Shown one piece after another: positions 21,895 to 33,430 of a stretch of DNA of 52,540 nt (position 1 is its first letter; every line of letters starts with the position of its first letter). The stretch spans positions 27,199,532-27,252,071 of the forward strand of contig NC_068998.1 in the NCBI RefSeq assembly GCF_001194135.2. The letters run 5' to 3'. A program made the translations under genes and the position numbers. The DNA is from Octopus bimaculoides (taxonomy: Eukaryota). The notes beneath the pieces are model-generated. The model was not told where the DNA came from. It did not search any database and saw nothing but the letters and a program-made list of their open reading frames with translations.

Positions 21895-22272
21895 CATGAA
21901 TGCAGCCGTGCTGGAGCACCGCATTGGGGATTTTAGTCGAAGAAATCAATCCCAGGACTTATTTTATCGGTCTCTCTTTCTGAACCGCTAAGTTAGGTGA
22001 CATAAACTCAGCAGCATCGGTTGTCAAGCGATAGCAGGACGGGCACACACACACATATATGTATATACTTATATGTGTTTATATATATATATATNNNNNN
22101 NNNNTATATACACATATACATACTACGGGCTTCTTTTAGTTTCTGTCTACTAAATCCACTCGCAAAGTTTGGTCGACCCAAGCTATAAGAAGACACTTGC
22201 CCAAGGTGTCACGCAGTGGGACTGAACCCGGAACCATGTGGTTGGGAATCAAGCTTCTTACCACACAGCCAC
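21895..22272 (-). mobile_element. SINE family A (a further head fragment lies at ~21755-21878)
   Basis: gctggagcaccgc...gacacttgcccaaggtgtcacgcagtgggactgaacccggaaccatgtgg. Confidence 0.8.
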
Positions 22273-22870
22273 TATATATATATACACACCATGCTTTTGA
22301 GTTTTTCCCCCACACATCTCTGTATACAAGCTTTGCCAACACCTCATATATTTTCTTTTCTTTATTATTAATAAACTTGTTATAGTGTATATCGACCCTT
22401 TTATCCATTTACGCTGACCTACACCGACCTACATTATGAATAGATTTTTTTTTCTAATGAATAACTGTCCCTATCCATCCCGTGAGATCTAGTTTATGCT
22501 TCCACCTCAACCCATAAAGCCAGACGGGTCTGATACTCCTTGAACCAATCAAATCGATCCCTATTTTTCCATCCTCGGAGAAATAAAAATTATGGTGTAA
22601 CGACTTCTTGTTTACTTTTCACAGCAAGGCTAAACTCCTATAAAATATGATACGTATGTCTTACGTTTCACATTATTCAACAATACTGTGTGATGCAGTA
22701 ATGATGACTAAATTAATATGTTGTTATGTTTCGGAAGTGTGAAGATAGGGATGTGACGGTGTAGGTTGGATTCGTTTGTGCTGACGAACAACTGTGATTG
22801 TTGTTTTGCATTAAATTAATAAAGGGGCCAGTCGTAACCATCACGTTCAGTTTTTTTTTTCTTTTTCATA

Positions 22871-23220
22871 GACCCAAGGCGTGGTTGTATGGTAAGGAGT
22901 TTACTTCCAAACCACTTGGTTCTGGATTTAGTTCCACAGCGTGGAACCTTGGGCAAATGTCTTGTGTTGTAGCCCGGGGCCGACCAAAGCCTTGTGAGAG
23001 GATTAGGTAGACGGAAACTGAAAGAAGCCTATCATATGTATGTGTGTCCCCTACAGCGGCGGCATGACAACCGATGCAGGTCGTAATCTAGCAGCTCGGC
23101 AAAATATCCCGACAGAATAAGCACCAGTTTCTTATAAAAGTACTGGGGTCGATTTGTTCGACTAAATCCTTCAAGCGGTGCCCCAGCATGGTCGCAGTCT
23201 AATGACTGAAGGAAGTAAAA
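22871..23220 (+). mobile_element. SINE family A
   Basis: ggcgtggttgtatggtaagg..accttgggcaaatgtctt..gcggtgccccagcatggtcgcagtc. Confidence 0.8.
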
Positions 23221-24031
23221 GGGGGAAAGACACTGTGTACCGAGGAAAACAATAACCCGATGCGTTCTTCTCTTTTTTTTAAGCAAGATTTGATTTCGTG
23301 TTTTAAGAATGCTTTAGCTGTTATTTCTAGCAAGTCGAACGGCCACATAGAGAAGGATCTTCATTGCTTTGGATCGACGTCAAACACTGGATGGTGAATA
23401 TATAAATGTACTGATGGCGAGAAAAGGAGTAGGGAGAAAGGTTGTGGGTTTAAGGGGGTACCCGGTCAAGCTAAGACCTTGTCTCAAACCCCTTGTATAG
23501 GAGCGGGGACAGGGGAGTAACCTGCCAGTCAGCAGTAGCAGCAAGTTGCTGTGGGCTGACAGCTGTAAAAGAAGGGAAGAAAGATTTAAAAACAATTTCG
23601 AGAGCGCGGGCACCTTTAAGAACTACAAACAACGAATTTGGAAGCAGTCAGCTTAGCTTTTGTAACAGCCAGTCAGCCAGCACAAGTAAAAGCAGGCCAG
23701 CAAAGTAATCAGCCAGCCAGCTGTATGATGAAGTGTTGACAACAGAATACATACACTCACTCATACACAGACATTCTCTGTCATAGACTCACATTCACGC
23801 ACGCAGTGTAGTGTTTAGACTGGACATTCACCGTAACGCTCGGACGACATATCGTAACACACAGATAGCTCCTAACAATACACTCATTTGCAAACATCTC
23901 TCTATCATTCTGTTTTTGTTATTTACACAGATTTATATTCGTAAGCAAAGGAAAATAACACTGAATACACAAACACCATATATGTGTGCACAAACACACA
24001 TACACAATATATACATATACATGTATATAAA

Positions 24032-24093
<62 letters not shown>

Positions 24094-24559
24094 ATATACA
24101 TATGTATATATACTTACAAATATATATATATAAAGAGATATCAGACAAACCAGCAAATAATGGAGCTACATGTGAAGAATATGGAGAACCACATGGTTTC
24201 ATGACATAGCTGACGGTCGTTGGTTTGTATTCTGAGCTTATACATCACACACACATGGTGATCATTTGAACTCTGTACATATTAAGACGGCCAAAAAGTG
24301 AAACACAAACTGTACCAATTCCAAATAAAGAATAAACAAACAATCGCTAATTAATCGGAACAATTCGATAGGGCAGTAATCGACAATAAACGCAGCAATT
24401 CGTAAAATGTGGTTTATTCATATATTTTCATTGTTTTTAATAATTTAACTGGAATGTAGTTATGCCGGATACTAACATGTAATGCATAAGGCCATACAAA
24501 CATACAATGCTTACATACACACACATACACTCTTATATATATATATATATATAGTTAAA

Positions 24560-24730
24560 AAAAACAAAAAAACAAAGTGAGGACGTGATATGGATAGTAT
24601 TATTGGACGCTCAGGAAAGGAAAGAGACTGTATGACGTTTCGGGCGTAGCCCTTCGTAGGAAAGATGGAAAGTTCGGAGAATGGAAGAACGGAGAAAGAG
24701 GAAAATGGTACCGATGCCCACGAGGTTATA
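24560..24730 (-). mobile_element. Penelope-like pseudo-LTR-type repeat carrying a degenerate hammerhead ribozyme motif
   Basis: Minus strand 24660-24633 reads cctacga-a-GGGC-tac-GCCC-GAAA-cgtca. Flanked by (TA)n; a related inverted fragment is at ~27552-27582. Confidence 0.5.
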
Positions 24731-24883
24731 TATATAAGCTGTACCAAGCAGGTTATTTCACTTCGTCATATACGTACAAAGTTCGAAAGCTCGTCCTATT
24801 TGTATATATAAATGTGTTTTTGCGTTTGTGTATCTATATATGCATGTATATAGATGTATGTGTGCGTGTATATTTATATGTGT

Positions 24884-24932
<49 letters not shown>

Positions 24933-25607
24933 AGCCAACTACAGTACTTATTTTATCAGTTCTGTTTGTCAAACTGCTGATTATGGCTCATAAAGGGGCA
25001 AAACGGACAATACTGATTTTATCCGATAGCAAAAAGTCTGTTTGCTATCTATCAAATTCTACTCACAAGGTATTGCCCACCTAAGACTCTGGTAGAAGAC
25101 AACTTGTCCGAGGTGCTGTTTGATGGGTTGTGAAGCAACATTTTTCACCTTACATTTTTGGTTCTGGTGAAAAACTCAATAACAGGCGCACGCAAACATA
25201 TACAACAGAGATACCAGTATCAGAGTTTATCTAACTCAAGACTTGTAGTTGTAAAACATGTAAAGGCATAACATAAATATACAGGCATACATAGATATAA
25301 AATGGTACAAGAGTAGTGTTATAAACCAATATTTAAATATACTAAGAACACTATATAGAGACAGGTGTGTATACTTATATCCATACATGGGTATGTTTAG
25401 GTGGAAATATGTGCCTTGTCCACTTTAGATGGCCATTAAAAAACAGGAAACTAATGCTTCCCACGTGCAGGTACAATCATATTTTGTAAAAGAAACAGAT
25501 AGCCCACAGTAATTTTTACCTCCAGTATATTGCTAGTATTTTAATTTTCTAATTTGGAGAAGTGAAAGGTGATATTAACCCTAGCAACGTCTGAACACTG
25601 GAACATA

Positions 25608-25790
25608 GGACATGTAAAAGACACCCAGCACACTCTGAGGAGTGGCTGGCATTAGGAAAGGCATCCAGCTGGAGAAACCAAGCTAAAACAGACAACTGGA
25701 ACCTGGTGCAGCTCTCCATCTTACCAGCTCTGATCAAACTGTCTAACCCATGCCAGCATGGAAAACGGACATTAAATGAAGATGAAATGA
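25608..25790 (+). mobile_element. Truncated RTE 3' end
   Basis: ggcattaggaaaggcatccagctg..tctaacccatgccagcatggaaaacggacattaaatgaagatga. Confidence 0.7.
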
Positions 25791-27317
25791 ATTAAGGGTA
25801 CTGCTTCAGTGTGTGGTTCCCCACAGTACCCATAGGCTATGCTGTGGAATGACCTGATCTAGGTTAGGATTAAACTGTACTCCAAAGTGTAAAAGATCAA
25901 GTAGTTTGCACACTAAAATGGCACAAAATTAAGTCACATTCTTCATGTCTCCACATCATTGGACCCAGAGAGAGAGAGAGAGAGACCACACATCCTTCAT
26001 ATGTGTTTTCTCATTAGTGTATTCAATAACCAACCCACCAGAAAAATCTTTGCCTGAAATTACATGAAAGGAAATGAGATTTCAATATGTAATGAATTAT
26101 CTTTTATCATGTGAATCATTCCACTAAACCTTTCGTAATTCTCATTATTTCGGAAATGAGAACACAAAGGTAGGAGGTAGATGGTGACATTTCATAGCCA
26201 CCATCCCATCACAAAATGCCTTTCTTTATTCAAAAAGAAGGCTTGTTCAATCAAGAATAACCTGGAACTAAAAAAGGTGAGTTTAAAACCTATGATGTGG
26301 CCACACTAGAAAATAAAGTCTTGTTTCTAATTTTTACAACTTATGCCTATCAAGACAAGAAAAGAGCCTCTATGTGGTCTCTTGATCTGCTAGAAATAGC
26401 AGTCAAATCTCTCAAATCATGCCCTACTGTCTTAATTGCTTTAGTTCACTGGTAGTGAACAGCTGACACTGTAGTACATCTCCAGCGTTAGAAGCTATGC
26501 AAAGGCAATAAATAATAACAACAACAACAATAATAATCCTTTAAGTAAAGAAATGCATACTGGATGGTGTAGTCCTAGATACATCGTGAATGGATGATGT
26601 GCTTCTTTCAGTTTCTTTCTACCAAATTCACTCACAAGGCTTTTGTCAGTCTAGAGCTATAATAGATGACACTTGCTCAAGGTACCATGCAGTGGGGACA
26701 GAACCCAAATCCACATCACTGGGATTATAACTTCTTATGTACAGCCATGCTCATGCCGTTTCTTGACATAATAGCATTTCCTATGAGGTGACAATTTGTT
26801 ATGATAGCAGAGAGAGAGAGAGAGAGCATTATAAACAACCATTTTCAGAAGTTCAAAGGTATCACAAAATAAGAGACAAAATAACAGTTTCTGTTTCCAC
26901 ACAAACAGAGACTAAAACGTTACACCATTGGCTACAAGTGTCAGGAGAAGTTTGCCACCTTCTAAAGTCCACTGTGATGAGCTCAAAAGTAAGATATATC
27001 ATCATCTACCTCAGTCAGTATCTCTAAAAACATAGTTGCTCTCATCTATAGTCTGCTTCAACACAAGCTGACATGAGGTTCAACAAGTACAACAGGTGTA
27101 CTCTCAATCCAAAGTTAAACACTAAAACAGTTGTTCCATTCATTTATATGAAAAAAATCTGAGTTTACATGAGAAAAAAAAAAGGTTTCTTACATCATCT
27201 CATGAGTATGAACATCAGCACAGTGACCTTTTCTTTTCCATTTTGAAAAAATGTGTTATGAAAACTATCTTTATGCATGTATATGCCTGAATAGTTAAAT
27301 TCATATAAATATATAGA

Positions 27318-27530
27318 CATCTTTTATCTTTTATTTGTTTCAGTCTTTAGATTACTGTCTTCAAGAATTTTAGTCAAACAAATGAAGCCAAGTATTTTTT
27401 GTTGCAAAGCATGGTACTTATTCTATGAGTCACTTTGCCAAATCACTAAGGGGACATAAACACACAAACAGCAGTTGTCAAGCAGTGGCATGGGACAAGC
27501 AGATACAGAAACACATAGACACACATACAG
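27318..27530 (-). mobile_element. SINE family A tail half (head half at 28818-28960)
   Basis: ttttatttgtttcagtc...gttgtcaagcagtggcatgggacaagc; the module order continues on the far side of the RTE insert. Confidence 0.65.
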
Positions 27531-27607
27531 AATCATTAGCATATATATATATACTATCCGTATCACGTCCTCACTTTGTTGTTTTTTTGTTATTGTTTTT
27601 TTGAACT

Positions 27608-27631
<24 letters not shown>

Positions 27632-27638
<7 letters not shown>

Positions 27639-28783
27639 CCCGGTGCAAGCTATGGACACATAAGAGGTGCAGCAACATCAAAGGCAGGTTAACTAGGAAG
27701 TTAGTTTTTGTTTGTGGCAGATGTTCAGGTGCAATAAACACTGTAAACAAACAGGAAACAACTTCTATCTCATTCCAGGGAGAAAAACTAGAGGTAGTTG
27801 ATAGCTTCCGCTATCTGGGTGACCAAGTTAGTAGTGGGGGTGGGTGCGCTGAAAGTGTAGCTGCTAGAATAAGAATATCCTGGGCAAAGTTTAGAGAGCT
27901 CTTACNNNNNNNNNNNNNNNNNNNNNNNNNNNNNNNNNNNNNNNNNNNNNNNNNNNNNNNNNNNNNNNNNNNNNNNNNNNNNNNNNNNNNNNNNNNNNNN
28001 NNNNNNNNNNNNNNNNNNNNNNNNNNNNNNNNNNNNNNNNNNNNNNNNNNNNNNNNNNNNNNNNNNNNNNNNNNNNNNNNNNNNNNNNNNNNNNNNNNNN
28101 NNNNNNNNNNNNNNNNNNNNNNNNNNNNNNNNNNNNNNNNNNNNNNNNNNNNNNNNNNNNNNNNNNNNNNNNNNNNNNNNNNNNNNNNNNNNNNNNNNNN
28201 NNNNNNNNNNNNNNNNNNNNNNNNNNNNNNNNNNNNNNNNNNNNNNNNNNNNNNNNNNNNNNNNNNNNNNNNNNNNNNNNNNNNNNNNNNNNNNNNNNNN
28301 NNNNNNNNNNNNNNNNNNNNNNNNNNNNNNNNNNNNNNNNNNNNNNNNNNNNNNNNNNNNNNNNNNNNNNNNNNNNNNNNNNNNNNNNNNNNNNNNNNNN
28401 NNNNNNNNNNNNNNNNNNNNNNNNNNNNNNNNNNNNNNNNNNAGACCTTTGGAAGTGTGCTGTGCGTGAGAAGACCCGGCAAGCCAAGTAAGATCGTTGC
28501 CAGTGCCCCTGGACTGGCTTGTGCGGGTGGCACATAAAAGACACCATTTCGAGCGTGGCCGTTGCCAGTATCGCCTGACTGGCCTTCGTGCAGGTGACAC
28601 GTAAAAGCACCTACTACACTCTCTGAGTGGTTGGCGTTAGGAAGGGCATCCAGCTGTAGAAACTTTGCCAAATTTAGATTGGAGCCTGGTGTTGCCATCC
28701 GGTTTCACCAGTCCTCAGTCAAATCGTCCAACCCATGCTAGCATGGAAAGCGGACGTTAAACGATGATGATGATGATGATGAT
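27632..28783 (+). mobile_element. 5'-truncated RTE LINE (ORF2 C-terminal part, 3' UTR, (GAT)n tail); gap at 27906-28442
   Basis: RCTRCKLWTHKRCSNIKGRLTRKLVFVCGRCSG..GEKLEVVDSFRYLGDQVSSGGGCAESVAARIRISWAKFRELL. The ORF ends DLWKCAVREKTRQAK* at 28491, followed by the UTR and (GAT)n to 28783. Confidence 0.9.
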
Positions 28784-28817
28784 ATATACATATATATATA
28801 TGTATATGTATATATAT

Positions 28818-28960
28818 ATGGGGGTTTCTTTCAGTTTCTGTCTACCAAATCCACTCACACGGCTTTGGTCAGCCCAAGTCTAAAGTAGAAGACACTTGCT
28901 CAAGGTCCCACACCATGTGGTTGGGAAGCAAGCTCCTTACCACACAGCCATGCCTGTGCC
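28818..28960 (-). mobile_element. SINE family A head half
   Basis: tttctttcagtttctgtctaccaaatccactcac..cttaccacacagccatgcctgtgcc. Confidence 0.8.
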
Positions 28961-29240
28961 TATACAGATATCTTCACAATCAGAAGAGCATAGCAGTCAT
29001 GCACAAGTGTCTTTTACTATAGATTCAGGTTCACTCAAAACTTGTGAGTAGATGGAAACTGTGTTGAAGCCAGTCAGAGATAGATTGTACCTGTAATTCA
29101 AAGGCTCGACTTTGTCAAACACTGTGTCAAGTTGAATCTGTTTGGGATTATGTTGAGGGTGTGTCACTCACATCAAAACATAAAAATGGGCATGCCCAGC
29201 GTGCTAATGATTTTGTCAGCTCGCTGCCTTCTTCAGTTAA

Positions 29241-29461
29241 ATAATAATCCTTTCTACTAAAGACACAAGGCCTGAAATTTGCGGGGAGAGGACTAGTTGA
29301 ATACATTGACCCCAGTGTTTCACTGGTACTTAATCATCAACCCCAATAAGATGACAGGCAAAGTCGACTTAGTCGGAATTTGAACTCAGAACATAAAGAC
29401 AGATATAATGCCACTAAGCATTTTGCCTGGTGTGCTAACAATTCTACCAGTTCACTGCCTT
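29241..29461 (-). mobile_element. SINE family B bordered by (AAT)n
   Basis: ataataatcctttctac..ggaatttgaactcagaac..cactgcctt, then (aat)n at ~29462-29505. Confidence 0.85.
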
Positions 29462-29698
29462 AATAATAATAATAATAATAATAATAACTAAAATAATAAT
29501 AATAATGGTGGCATCGGCTGTTGCTGGTTTTATTTTTTAACAACAAAATTCCACTTCTCAAAGAATTATTTCTTGAACTTATAAACTCAGTTGTTTCAGC
29601 AGAAAAGTCACTACATCCCCCTTCATCAATTGTATTTCCCTGTCTTACCCAACATCAGTAAACTGCCCAATACATATGCAGTCTGTGAGTTTGTTACC

Positions 29699-29919
29699 TT
29701 AACTCTTTAGTTTTCAGATTATTCAGTCTAATGTAATGCTTATCTATTCACACCATTTGGAATTAATCATGCATTGTCTCATAGCTTTGAAATGTTGATG
29801 ATGCAATTGTTTATTTTTGCAATGACATTGTGGTGTCAGTGCGAGAGGAAAGAAGTGGCTAGTTTGAACATAAAACAAGTAAAAGATTTGGACTGGACAT
29901 GACTGGTTTAACTGCTAAA
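29699..29919. mobile_element. piggyBac-like MITE, homolog of 15216-15435
   Basis: TTAA-ctctttag..tgtaatgcttat..aattaatcatgcatt..gtttgaacataaaacaagt; right end eroded. Confidence 0.6.
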
Positions 29920-30309
29920 CTCCTCACAGTTGGTTTGTTTGACCCTGCCTCCTATCAGCTCCATTCAGCCACTCACTTATTTCTACTTCTCTCATCCCTT
30001 GTACAGTTACTATCTCATCCCCACATCCTACACTCATCCCAATGTCCAGATCTACCAGACGATTATCTCTTGGATTTTCTTCCTTGTAATCATTAACTTA
30101 ACAGTTGTCAAGAAGAACATCGTTTGCATCAATTTTCCTCATCTCAGGGACCTGTGGAGGCAACAGCTATCATCTCTTCCTCTAAACCAAATCATTGAAA
30201 GACAGAACAAAATAAAAATTAAAAAACAAAAAACACTTCAACTAATTCACATGGAACAGTCATGGGTTCAGTCCCATAAAGACACATGTAACATTCAGTG
30301 AATGCTACC

Positions 30310-30713
30310 TTTTATCTTTATCTTTTACTTGTTTCAGTCATTAGACTGCGACCATGCCAGGGCACCACCTTGAAGAAGTTTTAGTCAAATGAATCAACCC
30401 CACTACTAATTTTTTTTAAAGCCTGGTACTTATTCTATCAGTCTCTTTGCTGAACTGCTAAGTTATGTGGATGTAAACACACCAATACTGGTTGCCAAGT
30501 GGTGGTAGGGGACAAACACACAAAAACACATGCATGCACACACACACATATATACGACAGACTTGTTTCAGTTTCAGTCTACCAAATGCACTCACAAGGA
30601 TTTAGTTGGCCTGAAGCTATAGTAGAAGACACTTGCCTAAGGTACCATGCAGTGGGACTGACCCCAGAACAATATGGTTGGGAAGCAAGCTTCTTACCAC
30701 ACAGCCACGCCTA
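30310..30713 (-). mobile_element. SINE family A
   Basis: Full module order. Confidence 0.85.
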
Positions 30714-31157
30714 TACTATTAAAAAAAAAACAACTTGCCAGTAGAACAAGACAACCATGACACTCTGAAATAATGACAGCATAAACCATATAGAAATACC
30801 TATTCATTGCATTGTAAGTGACTGAGTATTCCAGACACTTGTATCCTTGATATAATTCTAAGGCAGAAATGCAACAGCACTATGAGTGATGAAGCTGACC
30901 CTTCAAATGACAGGCACAGTTTGTCTAAAGGTCTTCTGTCAGTTTCCATAAACCTAATTTCACAAAGCTAAGTCAACCCAACATAGAAAATCCTCGTCCA
31001 ATGATGACATACAATGGGATACCTGAGAAACAACTCAATCACTGGACTATACTTGCGCTCTGTTTTTATTGTGCATTACATAACACACCTTGTGTAATTA
31101 GATTAAAACATTGTTTTATCATACATTGTATAGGTGCAGATTTTATCATACACTACA

Positions 31158-31540
31158 TAGGTGCTGCATTGTAAGAAGTTTGCTTCCCAACCATATAGAC
31201 TCTAGTTCAGTCTCATTGCATGGCACCACAGGCAAAGCCCTGTGAATTTGGTAGAGAGAAACTGAAAGAAGCCCTGTATGTGTACGTATGTATGAGTGAG
31301 TGTTACTGTCTCCTTGCTTTAACTTCATGTGATGTAAATGTGTGTCACTTTCATGATGCAAGCAGTGTCTTTTGTTTTCTATTTTCTATGAAAACATGTC
31401 TGGCCATGGGGAAATATTGCCATACTTGGAAACAGATATGGGTTGACAACAGGGAGGGTATCCTGCTGTAGAAAATCTGGCTTGACAAATTCAATCCAAC
31501 TCATGCAAGCATGGAAAAGCAGATGTCAAAACGATAATAA
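31158..31540 (+). mobile_element. SINE with family A head joined to the A2 (RTE-like) 3' module
   Basis: gtaagaagtttgcttcccaacc..tttggtagagagaaactgaaagaagccc, microsatellite, then gaaaacatgtctggccatggggaaatatt..gtatcctgctgtagaaa..catgcaagcatggaaaag. Confidence 0.7.
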
Positions 31541-31693
31541 TAATATACAACTATAACATAATGATACACCACATTCAATATTGTATAATATGTAAAAGGT
31601 GAGATTTAGTTGTGTGGACAGACCCTTTACACCACCAGCTTTGCATTGTGAATAGACATCTACTGCTGCATCTACACCCCACATTATTTAACA

Positions 31694-31988
31694 CAGTGAT
31701 TCTCAATTGGGGGGGGCCATGCAAGCAAAATAATTGGATACCCATAGTAGTATATTAAGGGTCCATGAAAAAATTCTGCTTTAGATGTATTTATTGCAAG
31801 AAACAGCTGTTACTTTCTCTAACATTTTACATGGTTCGATCTACACCAGTTAATATGTGAAAGGTAACATAAGAATTTTGAAAGTATCTATAAAAATAGT
31901 TTTTCAACTTCAAGTAGCGACGGGGGTCCAACCAGAGTAAAATAGGAATCAAAGGGGTCCATAGATAAAAAATAGTTGAGAACCACTG
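31694..31988. mobile_element. hAT-like MITE
   Basis: TIRs CAGTGATTCTCAA / TTGAGAACCACTG; flanks ATTTAACA and ATTTAATC (6/8, decayed 8-bp TSD). Confidence 0.8.
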
Positions 31989-32896
31989 ATTTAATCCAAC
32001 GCCTTCTTTTATCACTAATTACACTGAGCACCTAGTTTTATCACATGTCATAAATTGAAATTTATCATTGTTTACATAACACACCTAGATGATGCATTTA
32101 CACTACACAATCCATCTGCCTTTCTAACACAACACACCTTTCTGTATTACACATCTAGTTATCTGTTTCTACTACATAATAGAGGTCTTCATTGCACAAC
32201 ATAACCTAAGCAAACATAGTTGTGCACTTTGCTAGCAATAGCAAAAAAAAAAACATTTCCCACTATCTTAAAAAAAGGTAGGACAAATTGTGTAATGTAC
32301 TCCAAGATACACAATGTCTTAAAATGGATTGCTTGGTCACAGCTGGGTCAGGATCGTCTTGAGACTAAACAAGAATATCATATAACATAACACTACACTT
32401 GTCTGCATTTCACATTTGATGTGTGTGTTTGTGTGAGTGTAGGTAGACAGACAGATAGATATTTCTACATACAACTGGAGTTCTTTTGAAAACCTGAAAA
32501 CTCCTTTAAGAGGAGATTTTGTGTGTGTGTGCATGTGCGTATGTTATGAAATTGTAGCTAACAGAGAGATACACACAGTGATGTCAATTATATGTAGAAT
32601 CGACAGAACAGGCTCTCTGCCCCATTAGCAACTGCTCTGTTTCTGTAAATACTCAAACACCAACACTGTTGATAGGAAACAAGCATGCCATTCAGTAATT
32701 AGCACTAATTGATTAGACCGTGCAAGTACGCTTTTGTTTACGTGTTCCGACAGGAAGTGAATGCAAATCTGGCACCTTATGCTTATGTCCCTACATAGCG
32801 TGTGTGTTTGTGTGTATGCGTTTCTGAATGCAATCATTTATATACTATTGCCTAAATTCACTAGCATATTTTCAAACGATGTTGTTTATTACTCAC

Positions 32897-33029
32897 GACT
32901 TCAATTCTCTCTGGAAATGATGACAGCTAGAAGAGGGCAAGTGCCCAGCCGGGAAGGTGATCAGGGTCTTCCTCGTCCCCCTTAGCTGACGGCACTCCAT
33001 CCTTTTGGTGTGGTATCTTTGTTTACATT
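32897..33029 (-). CDS. Candidate exon (…MECRQLRGTRKTLITFPAGHLPSSSCHHFQRELKS), unidentified
   Basis: tttAG acceptor and GTGAGT donor; GC-rich non-repeat island; aggATGg start context. The strand and frame are ambiguous, since a plus-strand last exon EEGKCPAGKVIRVFLVPLS* with AATAAA near 33158 is also possible. Confidence 0.25.
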
Positions 33030-33396
33030 CTAAACGATGAATTCTTAATCTGTTTTTTCTTATGGTACAATGCACTTTGCCCCTTTTGCGCTTATTGTTT
33101 ATATACACCCCAACATGTTTGTTTATCATCATCTTGTGTATCATCATTTTCTGTGGCCAATAAAGAGTAGTAGTAGTAGCAGCAGCAGTAGTAGTAGTAG
33201 TAGTATGATCATATATACATACATATGTGTATACACACACCAGTAAACACAAATGCAAAACACGTAGTACCCAAATACCCAAGGTAGAGTAATATGCTTT
33301 TATTAAAGCTGCGAAAATCTTCACAAACTGTTACTCAGAGTTTCACGTTGTCTTTCGTAGGGCAGTCGGAACTATACTGAATTAAAATTGTGATTT

Positions 33397-33430
<34 letters not shown>

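Noticed and set aside
23811-24209. Overlapping ORFs rich in YI, CV and HT dipeptides (also many others, e.g. 738-1112, 38380-38763)
   Set aside because: These are translations of (TA)n, (TG)n and (CA)n microsatellites, which lack stop codons.
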